This document shows positions 11,701-25,849 of a stretch of DNA of 64,000 nucleotides, piece after piece (the stretch's first letter is position 1; each line of letters begins with the position of its first letter). The stretch covers positions 22,630,001 to 22,694,000 of the forward strand of contig NC_043005.1 in NCBI RefSeq assembly GCF_006345805.1, written 5' to 3'. The stretch comes from Octopus sinensis (taxonomy: Eukaryota). The position numbers were made by a program, and so were the translations under genes. A model generated the notes under the pieces. That model had not been told where the DNA came from. It did no database searches and saw only the letters and a list, made by a program, of their open reading frames with translations.

Positions 11701-11883
11701 AAAAAGGATTATTTATATAACCATTAACAGTATAGTAGACATAATTCTGAAGTGTTTCTGTAAATTAAATCCTACAGGAAATGCATTGGCCATTGAAAAT
11801 TTGCCTCAATGAACTGTCTGACACATGCAAGTATAAAAAAGTGGACACTAAAATATGTGAGTACATATATAGATAATATACAT

Positions 11884-11938
<55 letters not shown>

Positions 11939-12039
11939 TGTGTACGTGTGTGTTCATTCTTTCTTTTAACTTTAAGTTTGTTTTAGACTGGCCACCTTCC
12001 TGAAAAAGGAAATTGTCATCATCTCGTGTAAGTGCATAT

Positions 12040-12600
12040 CCTTTGAATTATAAGAATGTTTTACAAATTTTGAAGGCTCCAGATATCACAAACATTTGTA
12101 GCTGATGAATTAAGGAGCTATGTTGTTTCTTCAGAAATCCAAGGCCAAATTGTATTTTGTCCAGACAGGCTGGTATGTAATCTGTAGCTCCAACAATAAC
12201 AAGTATGGAGATAAATGTGCATCTTGCATATTGGATCGGAAAACTTCTCATCAATGGTCTTTAAGTATCTTCCCCCTTTTGCATTTTTCTTACCAAACTG
12301 ACATCAAGTGGGCAACTGGTTTTCTATGACAAAGCATGCTTATAATGAGTGTTCACAAACAATAATATCAGGCTGGTTGCAGTTTTTATTTTTAGGTTCT
12401 ACCAGTTTTCCTTTGAGCTGTCTGTCTCAACACATTCCTTCCCATTTTGATTTTATTTTTGTCTTCTGCAAGGGCATTCCATTTTGTCCTAGCTAACACA
12501 TAATGTCTCACAGGGAAGTAGTAATGAGACAACATTCTTTCACAGTTGGCAATAATGTGGCTAACATGCTCAATTTTATTTTGCACAACCGATATTTTTG
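12040..12600 (-). mobile_element. NeSL/CRE-like REL LINE C-terminal fragment
   Basis: SHIIANCERMLSHYYFPVRH (CCHC region) and ILVIVGATDYIP..LDKIQFGLGF...LQMFVISGAFKICKTFL*; a different lineage from the AAT-tailed R4 copies. Confidence 0.7.
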
Positions 12601-12609
12601 TCAACTGAT

Positions 12610-13780
12610 AACCTTCCTTTTGCCATCTTTGTAGGAACTTTATTATTCCACGTTCATAGAACTTCAGGTCCTTATCAGCCAAAAACTGAAGCAAGTGCAA
12701 ATTCTGTTCATCATCATTGTTGAAAGTTTTAACATTCAAAGAATTTTGCAAATTTCGAAATAAGTGGTAATCTGTTGGTGCAAGGTCAGTGCTATATGGT
12801 GAATGTGACATCACTTCCCAACCAAGCACCAATAATTTTCACAAGTTAGCAAAGATGTGTGTGGTCTAGTGTTGTCATGGTGGAACTTAATTTCTTTATG
12901 ATTTGACAAGTCTGGTCATTTTTCTTTTGATTGCTTCCTCCAGTTTCACTAGTTGTTGACAGTAAACATCCGTATTGATCTTTTTGTTCCTTAGAAGCAG
13001 CTCCAAATACACAGCACTTTTGTAATCCTACCAAATTGACAGCATGACCTTTTTTTGATGCAATTTACTTTTTGATGTGGTTTGTGCTGGTTCATTACGC
13101 TTGAACCATGATCGTTTTCGATTGATGTTATTGTAAACAATCCATTTTTCATCATCAGTGATGATTCGGTTCAAAATAAGGTCGATTTCATTGCGTTTGA
13201 GATGCATATCACAAATATTGATTCATCGTATTAAGTGAATCTCTTTCAATTTCTGTGGAACCCAAATATTGTGCTTCTTAACAAGTCCAAGACATTTTAA
13301 GTGATTTTCAGTTGTTATGATATATTTACCCTCTCTACAATCTCTGGTACAGCTATATGACATCTAGATTCAATAATGACTTTGATTCGGTCATCATCAA
13401 CTTCAGTAGGTTGACCAGAACGTTGGTCATCTTTGAGTGAAAAATCCTGAACATAATTCTAAAAACCATTTCTGTGATGTGCATTCTGTTAAGCAATCAA
13501 TACCATAAACTTCACATATCTCTTTGTGAGCCTCAGCAGCTTTCTTGCCTTTACGAAAATAAAAAAGCAAAATATGGCAAAAATGTTCGTGTTTGCCATC
13601 AATGTTAAAATTGACATTGAACTAACAGCTGTAAACAAAATTATGTGCAATTTGCTTATAAAATAAAGTAAAAGTAAAAGCTGTCAAAAGGAAAAAAAGT
13701 AATGACATTGACAAAAGTCATTCAAAACAATCGAAACTTTATCTGTTTACAAGAACAAAATTACTTTCTTGCCAACCCAG
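12610..13780 (-). mobile_element. Decayed mariner (D,D34D) transposon, 3' end missing
   Basis: TA|CTGGGTTGGCAAGAAAGTAATT TIR at 13780; HDN.RPH-like motif near 12870; HSPYSTDLAPTDYHLFRNLQNSL...YERGI..FLQRWQK. Confidence 0.9.
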
Positions 13781-13794
13781 TATGTGATGTAACA

Positions 13795-14196
13795 CTATGT
13801 ATGTATGTCTCTTCTGTTTTTCATCATTTAAATTTCTCCTCTGAAGAAGGATCTAGTTTCTAACAATGATACAAAACTCCATCTTTGGAATGTATATAAC
13901 AAAAATAATGTCACATTTTAAATCTGAGAAAGATCTTTCATAGTTTTATTGTTCCACTTACAGATTGTATTTGTAATGTATGAATCGGTTGGTTGATTGC
14001 TTTTTCTGAAAGTTCAAGCTTATCCAGACTGAAAGTTAGGCATTTACTTACAAAACCAAGTGCTCCAATTATTATTGGTATAAATATAAATTTGTAATTG
14101 GGATATAGAAACTGGAAGTTTATAAGTAGTTGTCTATAGTTATCCTCTTTTTCTTTGATTTTCAAAGAGATATTAATATCAGGAGGATGTAAGTAC
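13795..14196 (-). mobile_element. NeSL/CRE-like REL LINE 3' end with a short (ACAT)n tail
   Basis: PPDINISLKIKEKEDNYRQL...IPIIIGALG...LQIQSVSGTIKL; 3' UTR ends GAGACATACATACAT; 5' truncation abuts the GATA array at 14197. Confidence 0.7.
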
Positions 14197-14316
<120 letters not shown>

Positions 14317-17226
14317 TTCTTTATTAACCACGCAGGGCTGAACACAGAAGGGACAAAATACAAAGTAGAGCTTTTCTTTTGGGGGAGAAGAGAGGAAAAA
14401 AGGAAAAAGAAAAAAAGGGGTCGAATTCCGATCTAAAGGGATCGTGAAAAAAAGTGAAGACGATCAATTGGGATCGTGTATCACAGAAATATCAATGTAA
14501 AAAGGGAAAACAGATTAGATTTGTCCATGGATAGAAACGCCTACGGAAATAAACCATGGTAACCTTGGGCAATAGTGTCATGCAAAAAGAAAGCATATTA
14601 CAGTAAGTGGCTCTCTTTTTCTCCTTCGTTTTTTTTTCTTGTTCATAGGATTATGCTCAAGCTGGCTCCGTCATTCACACGTGCCATCTTTGCTACATTC
14701 ACCCATCTTTTTTTTTTTAACCATTCACTAGACAAAACTTTCCTCTCTACTCTCACTTTCCTCTTCAAGTGATACACGAAAAAGTTGATGAGAGATTGAC
14801 CAGAGAGGAAAGTGTTTGTCTCTAGACCTTTCAGACGCGTCCACCATGAACATTCTTTCGCCATGGCCACAAGTACGATGAAAATGGCTCTTCCTTCCCG
14901 TTTCAAGGAAGGAGGCGCGACAATATTCACGATAGACTCGGTTGATAAATCGACTCATCCCACACGCGATAGTAGTCGTTCGACATAGGCCCACAGGTTG
15001 GAAATGGTTGGACACTGTACGAGTGCGTGTAGGACGGTTTCGTCGCTCTGGCCGTATCTCGGATAGGTCGGCCCCGTGTTTCTCGAGCCATGCCTGTAGA
15101 GCTTATTCCGAACGGGTAGCGCTTCTCGATAGCACTGCCAGGCCAAGGGTCTCTGGAAGTTGTCCATTGGTCCCGACCCGAAAGTCGTATTGAACTGGCA
15201 CGTCAGGTATTCCTCGTCGACGCCCAGTTTCGCCCCGAGATCGTCGTCGTACCTTCCCTCCACTAATCCCCCATAGAATGCTTTGGTTGTGTTGAAGTCG
15301 CCGGAGATGTCGCATTCTCAGCGCGTGCTATGCATCATCAACCACGGCATACCCAGCCCTCCTTTTAACGGGTGTTGGCACAAACTGATCGCCTGACCAT
15401 CGGAACGCATCCTTTCCACAAGAAGTGGAAGAGAATGCGTTCTAGTTTGGTGATGGTAGGGTCAGGACAAGACACGACGGTCAGACGGTAGTAGATGACG
15501 GACGTGATGTACGTGTTCGTCACCTCCGCCCGACCTTTGAGGGACAGCTTCCTCTCGGCCCATTGCTGGGCGAGAGTGACCACCCTACTCGTTATCTCGT
15601 CCCAGTTCTTTTCCATTTGGAAGTCCGGACCAAATCAGACCCCGAGCAATTCGACCGGACCGTCGGTCCAGCGTCCCACAACGGAGGCGCTGGTGGACAG
15701 CATGGGCTTACTTCTCCAGGTGCCGAGCCGCAAGCCCACTTGATTGATTTTCGCCCGGTTGATTTTCGCTCCTGTTACCGCTTCGTAGTCTTTCAGTGTT
15801 TTGTCAACCAGCTCGATGTGCTTCTGGCTAGACACTATGACGGTGACGCCGTCTGCGTATGCAGACACGCTCGTCCCGCATACCAATTCTCGCGAGATGC
15901 CCCTCAGAGTCACCAGCTTCTGCATTAGTGACTCGAGAGTCAATACGTATAGAAGCGACGAGAGGGGGCATCCCTGACGGACTGAACGTGCAATGTCGAA
16001 AGGTCTCGATAGATGTCCATTTACGCGAATTACCGAACGGATGCCTCTGCACAATGCAGCTATCCAGCCGCGGAAGACGGGACCGAAACCAGCCGCTATC
16101 TATGAAGGCAGCCTCCAAATATCGATGGTCTGCCCTATCGAAAGCTTTGGATTGATCCAAATTGATCAGGGCCCCACCCATGCCAGGTTCCTTAACTACG
16201 CTGTCTATGATGTAGCGCCTCAGATGGAGATTGTCATGGATGCTCCAGCCTGGCACGGCGCATGTTTGCGCCCTGTCGACCAGTTTCTTGATGACAAGCG
16301 CCAACCTCTTGGCTAACACCTTGGCCAACATTTTTGAAGTCTGCATTGAGCAGAGTGATGGGCCTAAAGTTATCTATTACGTCCCCCTTGTTTGGATCTT
16401 TCTTCAGCAACGTTACGGCTCCTCGGCTCACAAAACCCTGGATGCTCCCGTTTTGCTGCCAGTTGCAGTACACTGCCGCCAAGAGTCTCCAAACAAGTCT
16501 GGCATACAACTGTAAAGCTCGTAGGGTAGACCTTCCAAACCTGGAGATTTATCCCTCGAGTATTCTGCCATTGCGTCCCGCACTTCCGCCGCCGTGATGG
16601 CACCTTCGTAGCACCCTGCCTCTCTTGTCGAAAGTCGTGGCAGGCTGTGTAGATAGGCACTGAATTACACCCTGCGTTCTCGCCCGCCACTCGTCCCGAA
16701 CAGTCGGGCAAAATGCTGTTGAAAGGCTTCACACATTTTACTTGGCTCGAATAATTCGCGCACCTGTTCATCTACCAGAGACCCAATAGTGACTTTGTTG
16801 CTCTGTTGCGCCTCAGCCATCAGGGCCTCCCGCGCGGCTTTTATTGCTCACTTGAGGGCAAACTACCATTTGTTGGTGATGATGGCTCCTGCCAAAGCCC
16901 TCTTTACTAGCATGCTAATCTGGTTTCTGAAAACCTGTCTCGATGGGAAAGACGTTTAGTTCCCAGTACCCGGGACCTTGCCTATGTGTCTTACCTAAGT
17001 CTAGTGTACACGTCACGAATTTGTGATCCGTGCTGCTGACTATGTGGAATTGTGGACACCCTACACTATCTCTATCTACTGTCCTGCACAGTATCCTATC
17101 TAGATACGATCACGACGACCCGATGCGGTTGCTCCATGTCCACGTTGGCGCATTCGGGTGGTCGAGTCGGTACCTGTCAGACAGTTGAAAGCGTTTGAGC
17201 AGGTCTCCGAAGCATTTGCATCCCCG
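14317..17226 (-). mobile_element. Tx1/L1-clade LINE copy A (frameshifted, two internal deletions)
   Basis: APE end (WTWSNRIGSS), RT (NFRPITLLNADFK, QSKAFDR, QGCPLS, YADGV) and C-terminal Zn region; deletions near 15300 and 16847 relative to copy B. Confidence 0.95.
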
Positions 17227-17296
<70 letters not shown>

Positions 17297-17737
17297 TGTT
17301 TCTTTATTAGCCACACAGGGCTGCACACAGATAGAACAAATTACAAGGTAGAGCTTTTCTTTTGAAGGTTTAAAAAAAAAAAAATAATAATAATAATAAT
17401 AATAATAAAATAAAAAATAAAATAAAATAAAAAAGGGGGGGTCGATCAAAAGGGATCGTAAAAGGAGAGAAGGAGGACAAAAAAAGGGGGGGGTTAAAAA
17501 AAAAGGGGGAGAGGAAAAAAAATTGATCAATAGGGATCGTTATCACAGAAATGTCAATATGAAGTGTAAAGGGGAGGACAGGTGAGGTTTACCCGTGGAA
17601 AGAAAAGCCTACGGAAAAGACCACGGTAACCTCGGTCAATGAAGTCACATGTTATATTTCTTTTTTTTTTTTTTGCAAATAAGCAACTCTCTGTATTAAT
17701 TTTTACGGTTCATAGAATCATAGTCAAGGTGGCTTCG

Positions 17738-18805
17738 TCATTCATACGTGCCATCCTTGCTACATTCACCCATCTTTTTTTTAAAACATTCACTAGACAA
17801 AACTTGCCTCTCTACTCTCACTTTTTTCTTCAAGTGATACTTGAAGAAGTTGATGAGAGATTGACCAGAGAGGAAAGTGTTTGTCTCTAATCCTTTCAGA
17901 CGCGTCCACCAGATACATTCTTTCGCCATAGCCACAAGTATGATAAAAATAGCTCTTCCTTCCCGTTTGAAGGAAGGAGGCGTGACGATATTAACGATAG
18001 ACTCGGCGGATAAACCGACACGTCCCACACGTGACAGCAGTCGTTCGACATAAGCCCACAGGTGGGAAATTGCTGGACACTGCACGGTTGCGTGCAGAGC
18101 GGTTTTGTCGCTCTGCCCGCATCTCGGGCAGGTCGGCCCCGTGTTTCTCGAGCCATGCCTATAGAGCTTATCCCGAACGGGTAGCGCTTCTCGGTAGCAC
18201 CGCCAGGCCAGGGATCTCTGGAAGTTGTCCATAGGTCCCGGGCCGAAAGTCGTTTGAAACAGGCGAGTCAGGTATTCCTCGTCGACGCCCAGGTTTGCCC
18301 CGAGCTCGTCGTCGTACCTCCCCTCCACTAATCCCCTATAGAATGCTTTGGTTGTGTTGAAGTCACTCAAGGTCGACCCGGGACGGCAGAGTTGCTTGAG
18401 AGCAACGCGACACTCGCGGTGCCATTCGCCCTTCTTCGGCCTCTTTTTGATCCACGACTGTTGTTCGGTCATGGAGACGAGTTGCGGGAATGCGTGCCTC
18501 ACAAACGGCGACCACGCCTGTTCACCGTCGTCTACATAGAGCCGGAGATGTCGCAGTCTCAGCGCGTGTCTGCGCATCATCAACCACGGCATGCCCAGCC
18601 CTCCTTTTTTTGGTATTGACAGCAAATGGATCGCCTGACCATCGGGACGCATCCTTTCCACAAGAAGCGGAAGAGGATGCGTTCTAGTTTGGTGATGGTA
18701 GGGTCGGGACAAGGTACGACGGTCAGGCGGTAGTAGATGATGGACGCGATGTACGCGTTCACCACCTCCGCCCGACCTTTTAGGGACAGTTTCCTCTCGG
18801 CCCAT
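17738..18805 (-). pseudogene. Copy B ORF2 C-terminal region (frameshifted from the RT frame)
   Basis: GGLGMPWLMMRRHALRLR ... [16 protein letters not shown] ... [18 protein letters not shown], the L1/Tx1 C-terminal zinc-binding region. Confidence 0.85.
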
Positions 18806-20310
18806 TGCTGGGCGAGAGTGACCACCCTACTCGTTATCTCGTTCCAGTTCTTCTCCATTTGGAGGTCCGGACCGAACCAGACCCCGAGCAACTCAACCGG
18901 GCCGTCTGTCCAGCGTCCCACGACGGAGGTACTGGTGGACGGCATGGGTTTGCTTCTCCAGGTGCCGAGCCGCAAGCCCACTGACTTTTCCCGGTTGATT
19001 TTTGCTCCTGTCACCGCTTCGTAGTCTTTCAGTGTCTCGCCGACCCGCTCGATGTGCTCGTGGCTTGACACTATGACGGTGACGTCGTCCGCGTATGCAG
19101 ACACGCTCGTCCCGCATCCTAATTCTCGCGGGATGCTCCTCAGAGTCGCCAGCTTCCGCAGTAGTGGCTCAAGAGTCAATACGTATAGAAGCGCCGAGAG
19201 GGGGCATCCCTGACGGACCGAACGTGCAATGTCGAAGGGTCTCGATAGATGTCCATTTACGCGAATTACCGAACGGATGCCTCTGTACAAGGCAGCTATC
19301 CAGCCGCGGAAGACGGGACCGAAACCAGCCGCTCTCAGGACTGCCTCCAAGTATCGATGGTCTACCCTATCAAAGGCTTTCGATTGATCCAAGTTGATCA
19401 GGGCCCCACCCATGCCAGGTTCGTTAACTACCCTGTCTATGATGTAGCGCATCAGATGGAGGTTGTCATGGATGCTCCGGCCCGGCACGGCGCACGTTTG
19501 TGCGTTGTCGACCAGTTTCTCCATGACAAGCGCCAACCTCTTGGCTAACACCTTTGTCAAAATTTTCAGGTCTGCATTGAGCAGAGTGATTGGCCTAAAG
19601 TTATCTATAATGTTTCCCTTGTTTGGATCTTTCTTCAGCAGAGTTACAGCTCCTCGACTCACAAAACCGGGTATGCTCCCGTTTTGCTGACAGTTGCAGT
19701 ATACCGCTGTCAAGACGTCTCCAAACAAGTCTGGCATACAATAGTAAAATTCGTAGGGTAGACCATCCAAACCCGGTGATTTGTCCCTCGAGCATTCTGC
19801 CATCACTTCCCGCACTTCCGCCGCCGTGATGGCACCTTCGCAGCACCCTGCCTTTCTTGTCGAGAGTCGTGGCAGGCTATGTAGGTAGGCACTGAAGTCT
19901 ACCCTACGTTCTTGCCCTCCACTCGTCCCGAACAGTCGGGCAAAATGCTGCTGAAAGGCCTCACACATTTTACTTGGCTCGAGCAATTCGCGCCCCTGTT
20001 CATCTACCAGTGACCGAATGGTGGCTTTGTTGCCCTGTTGCGCCTCTGCCACCCGGGCCTCTCTCGCGGCTCCAACACCTTCGTTCCTTAGAGCACGCAT
20101 CCTAGCTCTGACAGCACATCCTTCGTGTTTGGCGTTGAAGTGTTGGTCGAGGGCCAACCTCGCCGCCAAAACGTCGGATGCGATGCCGCTTCTAATTGCC
20201 TCTTCTAGCTTCTTAACTAGCTCACCCTCTACTCTATTTCTATCTATGGCTAGTGCTTTGCTGTACCTAATCGCTTCTGCTTTTACTGCTCTCTTGAGGC
20301 AAACCACCAT
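18580..20310 (-). CDS. Reverse transcriptase region of Tx1-like ORF2 (576 uninterrupted codons, not a complete protein)
   Basis: KSPGLDGLPYEFY, NFRPITLLNADLKIL, LDQSKAFDRVDH, VRQGCPLS, YADDV, LLGVWFG. Confidence 0.9.
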   Translation of the reverse strand: MVVCLKRAVKAEAIRYSKALAIDRNRVEGELVKKLEEAIRSGIASDVLAARLALDQHFNAKHEGCAVRARMRALRNEGVGAAREARVAEAQQGNKATIRSLVDEQGRELLEPSKMCEAFQQHFARLFGTSGGQERRVDFSAYLHSLPRLSTRKAGCCEGAITAAEVREVMAECSRDKSPGLDGLPYEFYYCMPDLFGDVLTAVYCNCQQNGSIPGFVSRGAVTLLKKDPNKGNIIDNFRPITLLNADLKILTKVLAKRLALVMEKLVDNAQTCAVPGRSIHDNLHLMRYIIDRVVNEPGMGGALINLDQSKAFDRVDHRYLEAVLRAAGFGPVFRGWIAALYRGIRSVIRVNGHLSRPFDIARSVRQGCPLSALLYVLTLEPLLRKLATLRSIPRELGCGTSVSAYADDVTVIVSSHEHIERVGETLKDYEAVTGAKINREKSVGLRLGTWRSKPMPSTSTSVVGRWTDGPVELLGVWFGPDLQMEKNWNEITSRVVTLAQQWAERKLSLKGRAEVVNAYIASIIYYRLTVVPCPDPTITKLERILFRFLWKGCVPMVRRSICCQYQKKEGWACRG

Positions 20311-20768
20311 TTGTTGTTGATGATGGCTCCCGACAAAGCCCTCTTTACTAGTGTGCTAATCCGGTCTCTGAAAACTTGTCTGGACGGGAATGATGCGTTC
20401 AGTTTCCAGTACCCAGGACCCTGTCTATGTGTCTTATCTAAGTCTAGCGTACACGTCACCAATTTGTGATCCGTGTAGCTGACTGTGTGGAATTGTGGAC
20501 ATCCTAAGTTATCCTTGTCTACTGTCCTACACAGTATCCTATCTAGATACGATCTCGACGACCCACTGCGGTTGCTCCATGTCCACGTTGGTGCATTTGG
20601 GTGGTCGAGTCGGTACCTGTCAGACAGTTGGAATCGTCTGAGCAGGTCTCTGAGGCATTTGCATCCCCTTCTGTTTCTGTCTCTACCCACGTAGTCTACA
20701 TGCGTGTCCAAGGTAGCATTCCAATCCCCCACTAAGAGTAAAGGACGAGACGTTCCCAAGAATACTTC
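20283..20768 (-). pseudogene. Apurinic-type endonuclease (APE) C-terminal half of copy B
   Basis: LVGDWNATLD, TWTW, SYLDRIL, TDHKLV and GPGYWKLN motifs. Confidence 0.9.
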
Positions 20769-22262
<1,494 letters not shown>

Positions 22263-22367
22263 ACTGACAGAAAGAAACAAAAAGAGAGAGAAAGCTACAA
22301 ACAGAAAAGAAAGGGTAACTAAAATATTTTAATGTCATTTTTATATGTATTCTATCATGTGTGTGTG

Positions 22368-22424
<57 letters not shown>

Positions 22425-22817
22425 AGTATGTGTGTGTGTGTGTTTATGTATATCTGTCCCTCTATCTGTTTGTATGTATGGGTGTATATATGCATGGGAT
22501 TGCCTTATATTAAAGAAATACATGCCCTACACATCTGCATGTGCAGTAGGTGGGCAAAAGTTGGTTGAAACGACATTGGTAGTACATGAGTAAAAGCAAA
22601 CACATACAGTTTTCTAGGATAAAATTGCTGTCATAAATACCAATACCGTAATTATTATCAAGAGTTTTCTCAATTATTAAAATCTGCCATTAGCCATGTA
22701 ATTTGCAGAAACCACCAAATTAAAACTCCTGTTAGGTAATTTTATACAAGGCTTTGTTTGAACTTGTTACCCCTTTACCCTGGACATGTTTATGAATATA
22801 AAACACGCGTATAAGCA

Positions 22818-22868
<51 letters not shown>

Positions 22869-23014
22869 ACACATAGACACACACACATTCATGTGCTTTG
22901 AGACATCTGTAAATAATTGGATTGTAGTGATATATCCTTTTGTAATACATATACCTCTCTCATTGTGTGTGTGTTTGTGAAGTCATCTGAGTATGTATAT
23001 ATGTGTATAGTCTT

Positions 23015-23464
23015 CATCATCATTACCATCATCATTGTTTAACGTCTGCCTTCCATACTGGCAGTCTGCCTTCCATACTAGGTGGGATTGTTTGGCAGGA
23101 GCCAAGCAGGCAGAAGCCTGCACCAGACTTCTGTGATTGTTTTGACAGGACTTTTTAACACCAACCATCCTAACACCAACCACCCAGCAGAGTGAACTTA
23201 GTGCTTTTTTGCATGGCACAAGCACAGGTAAGGTCAGTTTTGGCAAGGTTTTTACAGCTGGATTCCCTTCCATATGCCAACCACTTTACAGTATGAACTG
23301 GATACTTTTTAAGTGGCACCTGCAACTGACAGAGTCACCAAGTAACCTGCAAAACAAAAATGTTTTGAGAGGAGACAGGGCATTGGAAGAGATGATCTTT
23401 TATCAGATGATGACAGGCTATAATGAGACAGAAACATGTGTTTTGCTGTAGAGGAGATACACGG

Positions 23465-23513
<49 letters not shown>

Positions 23514-23650
23514 AGAAATAAGGACAGAAACAGGTGTGTTGCTGCGAAGGAGATACATGGTTACCTGAGCTGAGGGAAGTGCAGGAGGAGAGAGAGTGGG
23601 AGACATCAGGACAGAGATGATGGCAAAGTGCCAGGCATACTCACATATAT
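23015..23650 (-). mobile_element. RTE-type 3' UTR fragment with (GAT)n tail
   Basis: CATCATCAT..TTTAACGTCTGCCTTCCATACTGGC terminus; colinear with 25850-26520. Confidence 0.75.
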
Positions 23651-23691
23651 TCTAATGTTGAACAGTGAGAATAAGTGCTCAACACTGTATT

Positions 23692-23960
23692 TCATCATCA
23701 TCGTTTAACATATGTTTTCCATACTGGCATGAGTAGGACGGTTTGACACAGAGCTGGCCAACCAGGGAGCGGTCCAGACTCCAACTGTCAAGTGTGACAT
23801 GGCTTCTACAGTTGGATGTCCTTCCTAATGCCAACCACTTTACAGAATATGCTGGGTGCTTTTTACATGCCACCAGCTTGGGGGCATTTATGCAGCACTG
23901 GCACAAGTGCATTTTTTGTGACACTGGCACTTGCAAGGACAAGCCTGTATGTATGGATGA
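23692..23960 (-). mobile_element. RTE-type 3' end fragment
   Basis: CATCATCATCGTTTAACATATGTTTTCCATACTGGCATG...CCTTCCTAATGCCAACCAC. Confidence 0.75.
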
Positions 23961-24220
23961 CAGCAATTTTACTTAGCTTGATGTATCTTTTCAAGTACAG
24001 CAAATCATCACAACTACTAGTCCCTTGTCATTTCCTCAATGAGGCCCAGTGTCGGAAGATCCTTTCTCACCACTTTGTCCCACATCCACCTGATTTCTTA
24101 TTCCATTCAAATTTTGACCTGCTATAATCACTGATTATATTTTTTTCACTTCATTATATATTCTACAATGTTTTTGTTCACATACACACATGCATACATC
24201 CATATTGCCAACATACACAT

Positions 24221-24290
<70 letters not shown>

Positions 24291-24294
24291 TTTT

Positions 24295-24498
24295 CTAAGA
24301 CACAAGGCATGAAATTTTGTGGGAGGGGGCCTGTTTATTAGATCAACCCCAGTACCCAACTAGTACTTAATTCACCAACCCCGAAAGGATGAATGGCAAA
24401 GTCGACCTCAGCAGAATTTGAATTGAGAATGTAAAGACAGACAAAATACCGTTAGCATGTCACTCGGAGTGATAACGCTTCTGCCAGCTTGTCGCCTT
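24295..24498 (-). mobile_element. Type 1 SINE
   Basis: GGATGAATGGCAAAGTCGACCTC core and TTCTGCCAGCTTGTCGCC head on the reverse strand. Confidence 0.85.
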
Positions 24499-24504
24499 AT
24501 CCAC

Positions 24505-24580
<76 letters not shown>

Positions 24581-24714
24581 AAACATATATACAATTTACA
24601 ACTACACAAATTCAATGTTCAAACACACATGCACACACAAAATATACCCTCACTCCCACATTTATACTCCTCCACAAGTACAGTGGTCCACACATCCTAC
24701 ATAGAGTTACTGTT

Positions 24715-24915
24715 GCTGGTGTTGTTTAGCCCTCAGCAAGCCTTAACTGAACAGACCTATGATCAAAGGCATTCCAACCATGACCATTTTATATTTTTCC
24801 TGAGTGCACAGAGACAGGGGCACAATATTTTATCCTTTCTTGAGACAATGATGAGTGATTTGAAAAATATTTGGATGCTATTTTTAGCAGATTGTGCAAC
24901 CACATAGAAGCTCCT
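24715..24915. repeat. Unclassified interspersed repeat (second diverged copy at about 38005-38200)
   Basis: Shared CATGACCAT and ATGCTATTTTTAGCAG blocks at similar spacing. Confidence 0.4.
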
Positions 24916-25309
24916 TTGTTGAAGCTTTACCACACATGGTGGTTAAATATTCAAAAGATCAATGGCTTTTGGCAATTATTTCCAGATTAGCAATTATTTT
25001 TAAAGCCATCTGTTTTTTTTTTATTTTAAAGCCATTTGTTTAACTAAAATCTTAACATAATGAGATGCTAAATATACAACAATATTTGGCAAAAAAAAAT
25101 GATCATCCCGAAACTCAACAATATTCTAAAGATAAATGTGTTAATTATCTCATGCATATGCATGTAAACACACACACATACACACTTATAAATATACATG
25201 CACTTACAAACATACACACAGACCTATATAGACACTTGATAAAAGAATCAGTCATAGAGTACACATGAACAAGAGACTTTTCTAAAGTATGTGCTCTGGC
25301 TAATAATCT

Positions 25310-25520
25310 TTTAACCTATGAGGGATTAACTATGACGTCAAGTGGAAAATCCTTTCCAAAGCCAAACCCTATTAGAACGGGTCAAAATGATGTTCAATAT
25401 GTTCTCTCAAAAACTATATCTTTTAAAGAACTAAAGGCCCTCCAATGACTATGTAAATTCCAGGAATGAGATTTTTTCTTTATGTCCACACTTAAAAGAA
25501 TGTATCTCGGTGCAATTTGA
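25310..25520 (+). pseudogene. Penelope-like GIY-YIG endonuclease C-terminal remnant
   Basis: Reads INYDVKWKILSKAKPY*NGSK*CSICS....LNSRNEIFSLCPH, the same motif series as 34480-34900. Confidence 0.65.
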
Positions 25521-25849
25521 AGATAAACCACCAGACATCTTCAGCCATTCCCATCTGGTTTACGTATTTTTGACATATGTTCATTGTAACGTTGGTTATC
25601 TCCCCTGTGTTTTCCTATTTGTTTCTTTCTGTTTTCTTCCTTGTGAGTGTTCTTTGTTCAAATATCTCCTGCTTTGAGCACAACTGACAAACTGTCTTGT
25701 TTATATCAACTTGAAAAATGGCAAAATAGATTTCTTTCAACTGAGAAAACCTGGGTGACTGTATTTCACAAGACTTGAAAATTTTCATTATAGCATTAGC
25801 TTTACTCTCTTACTTGACCTTCTACTTGTTGAAGCCTCATCAAACATAA

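Larger units (their letters stand above)
17297..20768 (-). mobile_element. Tx1/L1-clade LINE copy B (5'-truncated, near intact), flanked by (GATA)n at 17227-17296 and 20769-20872
   Basis: Partial APE, complete RT and C-terminal domain, 3' UTR with a pyrimidine tract, and AATAAAGAAAC joined to (TATC)n. Confidence 0.97.

Noticed and set aside
12543-12570. Left mariner TIR (CAGTTGGCAATAATGT)
   Set aside because: It is better explained as LINE coding sequence (HIIANCE) on the minus strand.
12392-12832. 146-aa ORF as a single protein
   Set aside because: It is a chance in-frame fusion of the mariner C-terminus with a REL-LINE fragment.
15495-20320. Plus-strand GC-rich ORFs
   Set aside because: They are antisense shadows of the Tx1-like ORF2.
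25700-25770. A further hammerhead as an annotated feature
   Set aside because: Only TTGAAAA and a displaced GAAAAC are visible and the stems could not be formed; mentioned only as weak context.
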